Notes under the pieces: generated by a model
What the model saw: the letters and a program-made list of their open reading frames with translations, nothing else
Told to the model about the DNA's origin: nothing
The model's database searches: none
Shown: one piece after another, positions 16,195-26,328 of the stretch
Layout: each line of letters opens with the position of its first letter
Numbering within the stretch: position 1 is the first letter of the stretch
Source: Minisyncoccota bacterium
GTDB lineage: Bacteria; Patescibacteriota; Minisyncoccia; UBA6257; UBA9933
Reading direction: 5' to 3'
Assembly: GCA_041653755.1 (NCBI GenBank)
Contig: JBAZEU010000001.1
Coordinates: 1,398 to 65,397, forward strand
Length of the DNA: 64,000 nucleotides
Program-made: the position numbers and the translations under genes

Positions 16195-17115
16195 TTATTT
16201 TAATTCTTTTCTTCGTCTCCCATGAAATGCTTGGTGGACTTCTCTTAACTCTTGGTTGGTTAAATGAGTGTAAATTTGAGTTGTAGAAACATTCTGATGG
16301 CCTAAGATTTCTTGGACTGAGCGCAAGTCCGCGCCGCCGATTAAAAGATCAGTAGCAAAAGCATGGCGAATAGTATGCGGGTGAATATTGGTAGTAATGC
16401 CGGCTTTTATCGCATAGTGCTCCACTAATCTTTCAATAGTTCTAGGAATAATACGGCCGATGATTTTCGGTTCTTTCGCTTTGGTTAAGCTTATAAACAT
16501 TGTCTCTTCGGTGTCATTTCTTTTATCTAAATAATTTTTTATCGCTTTTCTTGCTCTGTCCGAAAGGAAAACTAATCTTATTTTACCTCCTTTTCCGCGC
16601 ACCGAAACCTCTCCTCTTTCTAGATCGAGATAACGATCCAAAGCGCATAATTCGGAAACTCGTAAGCCGGTTGAAAATAAAACCTCTAAAATTGCTTTAT
16701 CGCGCAAAGATTTTAAGTCGTTTCCTGACGGAGCAGAGAGCAATCGTTCCAAATCCTTATATTCCAATATTTTAATTTGTCGTTCTGGGATTTTGGGGAG
16801 CTCGATATTATCTGAAGCCAGAACATCGTAATTATTTTTTGCTAAGTATTTTAGAAAATTCCTGATAGCGATTATGTAATATGATTGGGTATTTTTTTGA
16901 AGAGGTTCATTTTGTTGGGCGCCTTGTTGTTTACTTAAAAATAGTCGAAAATCGCGGACTTTGTCTTGAGTAATATCTTTTTCGGTTTTTATTTTTGAGA
17001 AGCTAAAAAATGCTTTAAGATAGCGCTCATAGTTTTTTTGCGTCTTCGGCGAGCGGTTTTTCTCAATTTCCAGATAGGCCAGGTAATCTTTTAAAAGTTG
17101 GTTTATGTCAGCCAT
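16195..17115 (-). CDS. xerC: Tyrosine recombinase XerC/XerD family.
   Basis: An N-terminal SAM-like core-binding domain. The catalytic region contains R...HTIRHAFAT...LGHQNVSTTQIYTHL with the terminal Tyr. Confidence 0.85.
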   Translation of the reverse strand: MADINQLLKDYLAYLEIEKNRSPKTQKNYERYLKAFFSFSKIKTEKDITQDKVRDFRLFLSKQQGAQQNEPLQKNTQSYYIIAIRNFLKYLAKNNYDVLASDNIELPKIPERQIKILEYKDLERLLSAPSGNDLKSLRDKAILEVLFSTGLRVSELCALDRYLDLERGEVSVRGKGGKIRLVFLSDRARKAIKNYLDKRNDTEETMFISLTKAKEPKIIGRIIPRTIERLVEHYAIKAGITTNIHPHTIRHAFATDLLIGGADLRSVQEILGHQNVSTTQIYTHLTNQELREVHQAFHGRRRKELK

Positions 17116-17200
17116 TAGGGTAAGTATAGAGCATTCAGGGAAGTGTCGCAAAATCTCTCGAATTTGCTTTTTAGAAATATTTGGGCTATAATAGATTCAA

Positions 17201-17467
17201 ATGTTAACACCAAGAAAAAAATCAAAAGTCATTAAAGAGCACCAGATTCACGAGAAGGACACTGGTTCAGCTGAAGTGCAGGTAGGCCTTTTAACTAAAC
17301 AAATTGAAGAATTAGTAAGCCATCTAAAAAAGCACTCAAAAGACAACCACTCTCGACGTGGCCTTTTAAAAATGGTTGGCCGAAGAAAAAAGTTTTTAAG
17401 TTATATTCAAAAAGCCGATCCTAAGAGGTACCAGAAAGTGGTTAAAAAGTTAGGGTTGAAAGAATAA
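17201..17467 (+). CDS. rpsO: 30S ribosomal protein S15.
   Basis: Motif HSKDNHSRRGLLKMVGRRKKFLSYI. Confidence 0.9.
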   Translation: MLTPRKKSKVIKEHQIHEKDTGSAEVQVGLLTKQIEELVSHLKKHSKDNHSRRGLLKMVGRRKKFLSYIQKADPKRYQKVVKKLGLKE

Positions 17468-17471
17468 AAAA

Positions 17472-17999
17472 ATGCGATATAAGGATCAGAGGGTTGGAAT
17501 TTTCATTGATGTTCAGAATTTGTATCATTCTGCCAAACATCTCTACTCCAGCCGTGTTAATTACAAAGAACTTTTAAGATTTTTATTAGCCGGAAGAAAT
17601 CCGATCAGGATTATTGGCTACGTCGTTAAAAGCGAAGGAATTGGAGGCGATAATCGGCCTGACGCATCGAAAAGCGAAAAACTTTTCTTCGATGCTTTGG
17701 AAAAAGCCGGTGTTGAGTTAAGAAGTAAAGATTTACAAATTTATCCTGGCGGACTTAAAAAAGCTGATTGGGACGTTGGGTTGGCAGTCGACGCTATCAG
17801 AATGGCGTCGGCTTTAGATGTAGTCATTTTAGTAACTGGCGATGGCGATTTCGTTCCATTGGTTGAGTATTTGAAATGGGGCTTGGGCAGACAAGTTGAA
17901 ATTGCCGGTTTTTCAAGAAGCGCTTCTGCCAAGCTAAAAGATTCAGCTGATTTGTTTCTAAACATCGAGGAGATCCCAAAGATTTTAATCAGAAAATAA
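17472..17999 (+). CDS. NYN-domain (LabA/DUF88-like, PIN-fold) protein, a predicted RNase.
   Basis: GIFIDVQNLY, then DVGLAVDA, then ILVTGDGDF acidic residues in NYN order. Confidence 0.65.
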   Translation: MRYKDQRVGIFIDVQNLYHSAKHLYSSRVNYKELLRFLLAGRNPIRIIGYVVKSEGIGGDNRPDASKSEKLFFDALEKAGVELRSKDLQIYPGGLKKADWDVGLAVDAIRMASALDVVILVTGDGDFVPLVEYLKWGLGRQVEIAGFSRSASAKLKDSADLFLNIEEIPKILIRK

Positions 18000-18006
18000 T
18001 TCAATA

Positions 18007-20091
18007 ATGAATTTAGATAGAAAACAATTTGAAACCGAAGTGGCCGGGCAGAAGGTCATTTTTGAAGTTTCCAAAATCGGCGAGCAAGCCAGTGCGGCAG
18101 TTTTGGGTAAATATGGAGAAACAGTGGTGTTAGCGACAGTGGTTATGGATAAAAAAGATAGGGAAGCAAACTATATGCCGTTAACGGTTGATTATGAAGA
18201 GAAGTTTTACGCGGCTGGGAAAATTTTAGGCAGTCGTTTTGTCAGGCGGGAAGGAAAGCCGTCGGAAGAAGGCATTCTTTCAGCGCGTTTAATCGATAGG
18301 ACTATTCGTCCCCTTTTTGACCAGAGGATAAGAAGAGGAATCCAGGTGATAGCTACGGTTCTCTCTTATGACGAAGAAAACGATCCTGATTTTATTGCTT
18401 TGATGTCTGCTTCTTTGGCTTTAGCAATTTCTGACGTGCCTTGGAATGGTCCGGTTGGCGGAGTGAGAATAGCTTTGTCAAAAGACGGAAAGATTATTCT
18501 GAACCCGACCAATCTACAGATGGTTGACGCAAGATTCAAAACAATTGTTTCTGGGCCAAAAGGCAAAATTAATATGATCGAGTTAGAAGGCGGTCAGATA
18601 CAAGAAAAAGAAGTTATTGAAGCGTTTAAGCTAGCGACAAGCGAAATAGATAAGCTTGTTGATTTTCAAAACGAAATCGTAAAACAAATTGGTAAGAATA
18701 AAACCGTTGTTCCTTTGGCTGAACCAGAAGCAGAGCTTAAAACCGAAGTTCAAAAATATCTTTCAGATAAACTAGAAGCGGTAGTTTATGTAAAAGAAAA
18801 AACTGATCGCCAATCAAATCTTTTTGATTTAACAAAAGAATTAAAAGATTATTTAACAGAAAAAGGTTTCGCCAATTTAACTTTGGTGGATAATTTAATT
18901 GATGAAGCGATAGAAAATTTAGTTCGTAAAAATGTTTTAGAGTCAGAGAGACGACCAGACCTTAGAAAGCTTGATGAGTTAAGACCGCTTTACGCTGAAG
19001 TTTCTTTATTAAAGCGGTTGCACGGTTCAGCAATTTTCGTTCGGGGCAATACGCAATCATTAGCAGTAACAACATTGGCGGCGCCTGGCTCTGAACAGTT
19101 AATTGAAACAATGGAAACATCTACCAAGCGAAGATTTTTGCTCCATTATAACTTCCCTCCGTTTTCAGTAGGAGAAACCGGTCCGTTAAGGGGACCGGGT
19201 CGCAGAGATATCGGTCATGGCGCTTTAGCGGAAAAAGCCGTACGTAATCTTCTTCCCTCACAAGACGAATTTCCTTATACAATCAGGGTGGTTTCTGAGA
19301 TTCTTTCTTCAAATGGTTCTTCTTCGATGGCCACGGTTTGCGCCACTTCTTTATCTTTGATGGATGCCGGAGTGCCGATTAAAAATCCGGCAGCCGGTAT
19401 TGCTATGGGTTTGGTAACAGACGGCAAGAATCATAAAGTTCTTACCGATATTCAAGGCCCGGAAGATCATTTCGGTGATATGGATTGTAAGGTAGCCGGC
19501 ACCCAAGAAGGAATAACGGCTATGCAAATGGATACGAAAGTTGAAGGACTTGGCATAGACGTTTTAGAAAAAGTTTTGATTCAAGCCAAAAAAGCGCGAT
19601 TGGAAATTTTAGATGTTATAACTAAAACCTTAGATAAGCCACGAGCAGAAATTTCTACTTATGCTCCGACGGTTTTGGCTCATACGATTTTGCCGGAACA
19701 AATCAGAGATGTGATTGGTCCGGGCGGCCGAGTGATTAACGGCATTATGGAATCAACAGGCGCTACTACTATTGATGTTGAACAAACCGGGAAAGTTTTC
19801 GTCGCTGCGTCTTCAAAAGAAAAAGCTGAAGCCGCGATGAATCAAATTAAAGGAATTACTCATAAATATCAAATTGGTGAAATTATTGATGGGGAAGTTA
19901 TAAAGATTTTGGACTTTGGCGCTATTGTCGGCTTCAACGGGAAAGATGGTCTTCTTCATATTTCAGAAATGAAAGACGGTTTTGTCAAAAAAACCGAGGA
20001 CGTTGTAAAGCTCGGCGATAAGCTTAGGGTGAAAATTATCAAAGTTGACGACGATGGTCGGCTTGGATTAACATTGAAAAACGTAGAGTAA
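18007..20091 (+). CDS. pnp: Polynucleotide phosphorylase.
   Basis: Two RNase PH domains, a KH domain (GPGGRVINGI) and a C-terminal S1 domain across 694 aa. Confidence 0.95.
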   Translation: MNLDRKQFETEVAGQKVIFEVSKIGEQASAAVLGKYGETVVLATVVMDKKDREANYMPLTVDYEEKFYAAGKILGSRFVRREGKPSEEGILSARLIDRTIRPLFDQRIRRGIQVIATVLSYDEENDPDFIALMSASLALAISDVPWNGPVGGVRIALSKDGKIILNPTNLQMVDARFKTIVSGPKGKINMIELEGGQIQEKEVIEAFKLATSEIDKLVDFQNEIVKQIGKNKTVVPLAEPEAELKTEVQKYLSDKLEAVVYVKEKTDRQSNLFDLTKELKDYLTEKGFANLTLVDNLIDEAIENLVRKNVLESERRPDLRKLDELRPLYAEVSLLKRLHGSAIFVRGNTQSLAVTTLAAPGSEQLIETMETSTKRRFLLHYNFPPFSVGETGPLRGPGRRDIGHGALAEKAVRNLLPSQDEFPYTIRVVSEILSSNGSSSMATVCATSLSLMDAGVPIKNPAAGIAMGLVTDGKNHKVLTDIQGPEDHFGDMDCKVAGTQEGITAMQMDTKVEGLGIDVLEKVLIQAKKARLEILDVITKTLDKPRAEISTYAPTVLAHTILPEQIRDVIGPGGRVINGIMESTGATTIDVEQTGKVFVAASSKEKAEAAMNQIKGITHKYQIGEIIDGEVIKILDFGAIVGFNGKDGLLHISEMKDGFVKKTEDVVKLGDKLRVKIIKVDDDGRLGLTLKNVE

Positions 20092-20093
20092 AA

Positions 20094-21389
20094 ATGATTG
20101 ATTTAAAAGCGTTAAATCGTTTAATAGAGCAGATTGCGGAAGAAAAAGGCCTTGAAAAAGAAAAGGTTTTAGGCGCGATTGAAGATGCGATTGCGGCTGC
20201 TTATAAAAAAGAGTACGGCGAAAGAGGCGCTTGGGTTAAGTGCGTTTTGAGTTTGAAAACTGGCGAGATGGAATTTTACAGATCGAAAACCGTGGTTGAT
20301 GAAACAACGGTTAGAATAGCGGAAGAAGGAGAAGAGGAAAAAGAAGACAAGAAAGATGGAGAAGATGTTTTACCGAGATACAACCCCGAAAGACATATTT
20401 TTTTGAAAGAAGCGAAAGAAACAAAGAAAGACGCGCAATTAGGCGAGGAGATTTTATTTCCCCTAGAAGAGCATCAGGATTTTGGACGTATTGCCGCCCA
20501 AGTTGCCAAGCAGGTAATTTTACAAAAATTCAGAGAAGCGGAAAAATCTTCGATTATTGAAGAGTTTAAAAAGAAAGAAGGCGAAATTGTCAGCGGTATT
20601 ATCCAAAGAATCGAACACGGTAATATTTACATTAATCTTGGCCGAACAACCGGAGTAATGTTTTTCAATGAAACTATCCCGGGCGAATATTACAAAATTG
20701 GCGATAGGAAAAGGTTCTACCTGCTAGCGGTTCAGGAAGAAACCAAGAGGATGCCGGGGTTGGTTCTTTCCCGAATGCATCCGCATTTTATTAATAAGCT
20801 TTTTGAAATGGAAGTGCCGGAAATTCACGACGGTGTTGTGGAAATTAAAGGCGTTAGTCGTGAGGCCGGCAGTAGAACTAAAATTGCTGTTGCTTCGACT
20901 GTTGATGGCGTTGATCCAGTAGGGAGCTGTATTGGCCAGAAAGGCATCAGGGTAATGACGATTACCGATGAGCTTGGTCAGGAGAAAATTGACGTTATCC
21001 CCTGGTCAGATGATGCGGCAAAGTTTGTCGGGTCAAGTTTATCGCCAGCCAAAGTTAGATCGGTTGAAATTTTACCGCGTCGGGAGGCGTTGGTTTATGT
21101 GCCTGATGATCAATTATCTTTAGCAATCGGCAAAGGCGGTCAGAATGTACGTTTAGCCGCCAAATTGACTGGTTGGAAGATTGACGTCAGATCTCAATCA
21201 AACCCAGAAGAAGTTTTAGAGTGCGGCGTAGCCGGAGTGGTTGAAGAGAAAGAAGAACCGGTGATAGAATCAGAGGAAGTCAAAGAGGTTAAGCCGGAAG
21301 GAACAGAAAAGCCAGTGAAAAAACCAAGAGCCGTGCCTTCCGGCAGGCAGGCTAAAAAAACCAAAAAAGAAGAAAAAACAGAAGAATAA
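20094..21389 (+). CDS. nusA: Transcription termination/antitermination factor NusA with a K/E-rich C-terminal tail.
   Basis: N-terminal NusA domain, S1 and tandem KH ([19 protein letters not shown]). Confidence 0.9.
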   Translation: MIDLKALNRLIEQIAEEKGLEKEKVLGAIEDAIAAAYKKEYGERGAWVKCVLSLKTGEMEFYRSKTVVDETTVRIAEEGEEEKEDKKDGEDVLPRYNPERHIFLKEAKETKKDAQLGEEILFPLEEHQDFGRIAAQVAKQVILQKFREAEKSSIIEEFKKKEGEIVSGIIQRIEHGNIYINLGRTTGVMFFNETIPGEYYKIGDRKRFYLLAVQEETKRMPGLVLSRMHPHFINKLFEMEVPEIHDGVVEIKGVSREAGSRTKIAVASTVDGVDPVGSCIGQKGIRVMTITDELGQEKIDVIPWSDDAAKFVGSSLSPAKVRSVEILPRREALVYVPDDQLSLAIGKGGQNVRLAAKLTGWKIDVRSQSNPEEVLECGVAGVVEEKEEPVIESEEVKEVKPEGTEKPVKKPRAVPSGRQAKKTKKEEKTEE

Positions 21390-21394
21390 AATTA

Positions 21395-21979
21395 ATGAAT
21401 TTAATTCCAACAGTAATTGAAAAATCTTTTGACGGCGAAAGGGCCTATGATATTTATTCTCGTCTTTTAAAAGACAGGATAATCTTTTTGAGCGGGCCGA
21501 TCACTGATGCGACGGCAAATACCGTTATTGCTCAGCTTTTATTTTTAGAGCAAGAGGATCCTAAGAAAGATGTAAAACTTTATGTTAACAGCCCTGGCGG
21601 TTCAGTAACTGCTGGTTTGGCGATCTATGACACGATGCAGCATATAAAATGCGATGTAGCGACTATTTGCGTCGGCATGGCTGCGTCAATGGGAGCGGTG
21701 CTTTTAGGAGCTGGTGCGAAAGGAAAGAGATCTGCTTTGCCGAACTCTGAAATTTTGCTTCATCAATTAATGGGCGGAGTTGAAGGTCAGGCAATCGAAG
21801 TGGAAATAGCCGCAAAGCATATCATCAAAATAAAAGAACGACTAAATCAAATCATAGCCAAGCATACTAATCAGCCGTTAGAAAAAATAGGAAGAGACAC
21901 CGACCGTGATTTCTGGCTGACTGCCGATGAAGCCAAGGATTATGGTTTAATAGATCAAATTATAAAGACGAAGAAGTAG
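21395..21979 (+). CDS. clpP: ATP-dependent Clp protease proteolytic subunit.
   Basis: GxSxG catalytic context (GMAASMGA) with His and Asp residues. 194 aa. Confidence 0.95.
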   Translation: MNLIPTVIEKSFDGERAYDIYSRLLKDRIIFLSGPITDATANTVIAQLLFLEQEDPKKDVKLYVNSPGGSVTAGLAIYDTMQHIKCDVATICVGMAASMGAVLLGAGAKGKRSALPNSEILLHQLMGGVEGQAIEVEIAAKHIIKIKERLNQIIAKHTNQPLEKIGRDTDRDFWLTADEAKDYGLIDQIIKTKK

Positions 21980-22008
21980 TTTCAGAACACTGCATTACTC
22001 TTCGGAAA

Positions 22009-22041
22009 CACGTTTCGTTTGACACGAAGCGCGTTTTTTGT
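22009..22041 (+). terminator. Terminator after clpP.
   Basis: cgtttcgtttgacacgaagcg hairpin followed by cgttttttg. Confidence 0.45.
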
Positions 22042-22109
22042 TTATATTAAAATCTGGATAGTTCGTTGAAAAACCAATAAATTTTTGTAATTAACCAAAG
22101 GGGGTCAAA

Positions 22110-22664
22110 ATGTCAATTTATGAAATGCAGTTGGTCTTGAGATGCACAGATGTGAGATTGAGGAGTGGTTTAAGAATGTTCGCGAAGGAAAAGTTAATGG
22201 TAGTGGATGGTATAGGATTGTTTGTTCGTTATGACGACGAGAAACGGCTTACTCCGGCTATTATTAGAAGCCACTTAATCGGCGGAGAAACTACATATTG
22301 TTATGTAGAAGCTGATTCGCCTGACAAAGCAATAAATAAATTTTATGCAGAATGGGAAGGCGCTAAGATTGGGGGTGAAACTCCAGGATCAAAAGCGCTA
22401 AGAATTGACAGCGCAGAAGAGATCGTTGAGCTCCCGTTTTGCAGCAGACAGCGTAAGAATAAGAAAGGAGAATTTATTTGTGGTGATCCTCTCAAAGATG
22501 GTCAAGGCGAGTTTGGAATGTGTATCATTGAAGGCTACGATGCTCCGGATGACTGCGTAATAGCCGTTTTCCATGATAAATTGTACAAGGCTCATGAGAA
22601 AGGAATTGTGAAGGTAGAAACCGTGAAAGGTTTCCGGTTCGTCAGGGCCAATCAGTTTGTTTGA
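22110..22664 (+). CDS. Hypothetical protein.
   Basis: Strong RBS AAAGGGGG. ORF of 184 aa with no recognised motif. Confidence 0.45.
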   Translation: MSIYEMQLVLRCTDVRLRSGLRMFAKEKLMVVDGIGLFVRYDDEKRLTPAIIRSHLIGGETTYCYVEADSPDKAINKFYAEWEGAKIGGETPGSKALRIDSAEEIVELPFCSRQRKNKKGEFICGDPLKDGQGEFGMCIIEGYDAPDDCVIAVFHDKLYKAHEKGIVKVETVKGFRFVRANQFV

Positions 22665-22681
22665 TCTTTTTGTTGAAACCC

Positions 22682-22718
22682 AAAGCGGTTTATCTCGAAA
22701 CGAGGTAAACCGCTTTTA
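22682..22718. terminator. Bidirectional terminator shared with trpS.
   Basis: aaagcggtttatctcg aaa cgaggtaaaccgctttt. Confidence 0.55.
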
Positions 22719-22738
22719 TATTTCTTTACTTAGAATTT

Positions 22739-23722
22739 TTATATCAACAATCCTAGTTTCTTTTTGACTTCTTCTAACTTTTTCTCGGATTTTTCACGGG
22801 CTTTTTCGGCGCCATCTTTTGCTACCGCAAGAATTTTTGGCTTCAAAACATTTGATTTCTTGTCTTGAAATTCCCGCAAGTTTTTAACAAGCAATTCGGC
22901 CAACGCGGTTTTAAATTCAACATAGGTTTTACCTTTGAATTTCTCTTCGATTTCTTTAGTTGTTAATCCGGAAAATCCTTCGTAAATTAGCATCAAATTA
23001 GAAATTGCTGGTTTATTTTTTTCGTCAAAAATGACTTCTTTTCCGGAGTCGGTTACGGCTCTTCTTATTTTTTCTTGTATTTCTTCTTCGGAATCCTCTA
23101 AAAATAGGCAGCCGTTTGGATCTGACTTTGACATTTTTTTCTCTGGGTCAATTAAACTCATCAGCCGTGGGGTTTTTGTAAGTAACGGTTTCGGCTCTAC
23201 GAAAACCTCTCCAAATTTTTTATTAAATTTTCTGGTTAAAGTTCTGGTAAATTCTAGGTGCTGGAGCTGGTCTTCGCCAACCGGCACAAATCCAGCGTCA
23301 TAAAGGATAATATCAGCCGCCATTAAGACCGGGTAACTAAAAAGTCCGGCATTAATATTCGTTTGCTGCCTTTGCGATTTATCTTTGAATTGGGTCATTC
23401 TTTGGAGTTCGCCTAAGGGCGTAATGGTATCTAAAACCCAAGTCAATTCGGTGCAAGCCGGAGCTTGCGACTGGATAAAAATGGTTGATTTTTCCGGATC
23501 AATTCCAGCTGCCAAGAAATCAGAAACAACGCTTAAAGTTTCTTCGATTTTGGCTTCGGGATTGAAATTTTCCGTTAAAGAATGCAGGTCAGCGACGAAA
23601 AAATAACAATCGTATTTATCCGAGTTTTGAAGCTCGACAAAATTCTTCAGAGCTCCCAAATAGTTTCCTATATGTAATTTTCCGCTCGGCTGAACGCCAG
23701 AGATTAAGATCGGTTTTGCCAT
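22739..23722 (-). CDS. trpS: Tryptophanyl-tRNA synthetase.
   Basis: A HIGH-like motif (GKLHIGNYLG) and a KMSKS motif are both present. Confidence 0.95.
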   Translation of the reverse strand: MAKPILISGVQPSGKLHIGNYLGALKNFVELQNSDKYDCYFFVADLHSLTENFNPEAKIEETLSVVSDFLAAGIDPEKSTIFIQSQAPACTELTWVLDTITPLGELQRMTQFKDKSQRQQTNINAGLFSYPVLMAADIILYDAGFVPVGEDQLQHLEFTRTLTRKFNKKFGEVFVEPKPLLTKTPRLMSLIDPEKKMSKSDPNGCLFLEDSEEEIQEKIRRAVTDSGKEVIFDEKNKPAISNLMLIYEGFSGLTTKEIEEKFKGKTYVEFKTALAELLVKNLREFQDKKSNVLKPKILAVAKDGAEKAREKSEKKLEEVKKKLGLLI

Positions 23723-23726
23723 GTTT

Positions 23727-25430
23727 TTAGACCTCGATTACCACCGGTATTATTACCGGCCGCCTCTTGGTCTTAGTATACAAAAATTGGCCGATTTGTT
23801 CACGAATCAATGACTTTAAATAATCAGCTTCGATTGGTTGATAATGAGGGATTCTCATTACGGTGTGTTTGATTTTGTTCCTTAGGTCTTCGATGAAATC
23901 CTTATTTTCTTTTAAGTAAATAAATCCGCGAGAAATGATATCAGGATTTTTAAGTAAGCTGCCGTTTTGTCTGTTAAGAGTGATAATAATGACTACCATT
24001 CCTTCTTGGGATAGCGAACGTCTATCGCGCATAACGACTTCTTCAACGTCCCCTACGCCGAGTCCGTCAACCATAACGTAATAGGCGGGGACTGTTTCTT
24101 TGGAGATATGGAATGCGTCTTTGGTGAGTTTAATTATTTCCCCGTTATCAGCTAAGATGCAATTTTTTTGCGGGATTCCAACCTCTGTCGCTAGTTCCGC
24201 GCTCTTATATCGCATAAAGTAATAGCCGTGCGTTGGCATGAAAAACTTTGGTTTTATAAGCCGCATTACTTCTTTCAGCTCTTCTTGCGGTGCATGACCA
24301 GAAGAATGGAAATCAACTACTGCTGATTGATGGATGATTGCTCCTTGACGAGCCAAATTATCTTTTAATGTTTGGATTGCTCTTTCATTACCTGGAATAA
24401 CAGAGGCGGAAAAAACAACTGTGTCGCTCGGCTTTATTTTTATAAATCTATGTTCAGCGTTACTGATTTTCATTAAGCTGGCGTTTGGTTCTCCTTGGGC
24501 ACCGGTACATAAAATCAAAAGTTGCTCATCTCTATATTTGTGGATGTCTTGAATCGGAATTGTTGATTGTTTTTTTATTTTTAGATATCCAAGATTTTGT
24601 GCGATGGTGACATTGTTTTTCATCGAAGTGCCGCTAATCGCCACGTATCTTTTTTGTCTTTCAGCAATCTTAATAATCTCTGCAATTCTTCCTAATAAAG
24701 ATGCGAACATTGCGATAATAATTCTTCCTTTCGCTTTTTTCATCATGTCTTCAATGTTTTTCTCGACTACTCTTTCTGAGACGGTATATCCAGGAATTTC
24801 GGCGCTGGTGCTATCAAGAGAAAGAGTGTGAATTCCCATCTCGCCAACTTTTTTAAACATTTCTAATCCTCTAAAATTATCGTTTTCGTCTCGGTCGATT
24901 TTAAAATCAACAATATGGCAGAAATTGCCAATCGGGGTTTTTAACACCATTCCAAAGGTGTCTGGGACATTGTGTTCTATGGGGAAAAGTTGCACTTCGA
25001 AATATCTTGAGATTTGTATCTTATCTTCTGGCTTTACAACTTCTATCTTTAGTTTTGGCGCGTTAGGTACTTCTTCCTGTCTTTTTTCGATAATGGCTTT
25101 GGTGAGAGCTGTTGTATAGATAGTTGGATTGCCTAATTTTTCGATTATATAAGGAAGAGCGCCGATATGGTCGTAATGAGCATGGGTAAGAAAGAGCGCT
25201 TGGATGTTTTCTTTTTTCGATTCTAATGAGGATACATTTGGGATAATGAAATCAATTCCTGGTGTATCTTCTTCGGGAAATTGAAGCCCGGCGTCAATAA
25301 GCACAATTTCATCTTTGTACTCTAGATACATCATATTGCGGCCGACCTCTTCAAGACCGCCAAGAGGAACGACTTTCAAAGAGTCGCCTTGCGGTTCCAC
25401 TGTTTTGTGTTGTCTTTTTGGTTTAATCAT
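23727..25430 (-). CDS. rnj: Ribonuclease J (MBL + beta-CASP).
   Basis: HxHxDH motif (LFLTHAHYDHIGALP), beta-CASP, and a C-terminal domain. The track's N-terminal extension overlaps the tRNA region, so the start is probably ATG at 25430. Confidence 0.9.
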   Translation of the reverse strand: MIKPKRQHKTVEPQGDSLKVVPLGGLEEVGRNMMYLEYKDEIVLIDAGLQFPEEDTPGIDFIIPNVSSLESKKENIQALFLTHAHYDHIGALPYIIEKLGNPTIYTTALTKAIIEKRQEEVPNAPKLKIEVVKPEDKIQISRYFEVQLFPIEHNVPDTFGMVLKTPIGNFCHIVDFKIDRDENDNFRGLEMFKKVGEMGIHTLSLDSTSAEIPGYTVSERVVEKNIEDMMKKAKGRIIIAMFASLLGRIAEIIKIAERQKRYVAISGTSMKNNVTIAQNLGYLKIKKQSTIPIQDIHKYRDEQLLILCTGAQGEPNASLMKISNAEHRFIKIKPSDTVVFSASVIPGNERAIQTLKDNLARQGAIIHQSAVVDFHSSGHAPQEELKEVMRLIKPKFFMPTHGYYFMRYKSAELATEVGIPQKNCILADNGEIIKLTKDAFHISKETVPAYYVMVDGLGVGDVEEVVMRDRRSLSQEGMVVIIITLNRQNGSLLKNPDIISRGFIYLKENKDFIEDLRNKIKHTVMRIPHYQPIEADYLKSLIREQIGQFLYTKTKRRPVIIPVVIEV

Positions 25431-25437
25431 ATTTGTT

Positions 25438-25500
25438 AGTGGGCAGGGCGGGAGTTGAACCCGCAAGGGCGGGGCCCGCTCCGCACCCGCTTCCCCTCTG
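25438..25500 (-). other. tRNA-like element (T-arm plus partial acceptor stem, no complete cloverleaf) between tRNA-Leu and the rnj start.
   Basis: Minus-strand sequence GCGGG-TTCAACT-CCCGC followed by CCTGCCC-A. No matching 5' acceptor strand or D/anticodon arms. Confidence 0.25.
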
Positions 25501-25584
25501 TGCCCCCGAGAGGATTTGAACCTCTAAGAGATTGCTCTCACTGACTCCTGAAGCCAGCGCGTCTGCCATTTTCGCCACGGGGGC
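25501..25584 (-). tRNA. tRNA-Leu (anticodon CAG), type II with a long variable arm.
   Basis: Manual cloverleaf: acceptor GCCCCCG/CGGGGGC, anticodon loop TTCAGGA, variable arm about 16 nt, T-loop TTCAAAT. Confidence 0.8.
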
Positions 25585-25606
25585 GCAACGTTTATCGATT
25601 TTCTAC

Positions 25607-26317
25607 TTAGTTTAAAAATTCGAATTTTTCAGGGTTGTTTGTGAATTCTTGATAAATTGGTTTTTTAAATCGCAGTTGTGAAGGCGAATTTTTCGGCAAT
25701 TTATTAATGTTCAATTTTCCAACGGTTTTATAATGAGGGTTTTTAATATTGCCATTGGAAAGAACATAATACCCGGCGCCATACTTGTTTTTCAAAATAG
25801 AATAATCGGATTGAACCTGATTAGAAAAAAGATCAGCAACAATTAAAGTTTGTTTGGAGGGATTAATGATTAAATGATTATAGAAAGCAGGAATGATTAT
25901 TTTAAAAGGAGGTTTTATCCTTTCAAGATATATTTTTTCGGCAGATGCTCCGGGCTCTTGGAGCAAGACTAACGCTTCTCCGCTTAGCACCTCATAGATT
26001 TCCGGGGTTTTGTGGCAATGGCCGATGGTTTTGTTGAATTCTTTTTTGAATTGATACGGGAAAATAGTGGTTATATCGTATCGAAGATGATTATTTTCAA
26101 ATAAATCTTTGTCTTTTTTTAAGCAAACGCCGCGGTACATTACATAGGCGTTTTTCGAAGCGAGAGATTTGTTCGTTTTCCCTCCATAGAGATACGATTC
26201 CAGTTCCTTGATTTTTCTGCCAGCAATAGAGGAAAGAGCGATTTCTTTGGTTAAAATAAGTTTACCATCTTTAAATTTAATTGGCAAACTGCTGGATTTT
26301 TCGAGATCGATTGTCAT
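25607..26317 (-). CDS. Cupin-domain protein, possibly a cupin-type glucose-6-phosphate isomerase.
   Basis: TIGHCHKTPEIYEV resembles the cupin PGI metal-binding signature TxGHxH...E.Y. Confidence 0.4.
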   Translation of the reverse strand: MTIDLEKSSSLPIKFKDGKLILTKEIALSSIAGRKIKELESYLYGGKTNKSLASKNAYVMYRGVCLKKDKDLFENNHLRYDITTIFPYQFKKEFNKTIGHCHKTPEIYEVLSGEALVLLQEPGASAEKIYLERIKPPFKIIIPAFYNHLIINPSKQTLIVADLFSNQVQSDYSILKNKYGAGYYVLSNGNIKNPHYKTVGKLNINKLPKNSPSQLRFKKPIYQEFTNNPEKFEFLN

Positions 26318-26328
26318 ATCTTTTTAAA

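Noticed and set aside
16195-17115. The tyrosine recombinase as a phage or ICE integrase marking a mobile element next to the repeat-rich segment.
   Set aside because: The sequence has the canonical XerC/D N-terminal core-binding and C-terminal catalytic motifs. It sits beside rpsO-pnp as in many small genomes. No att-like direct repeats or phage genes were seen, so it is most likely the housekeeping dimer-resolution recombinase. It was not fully excluded.
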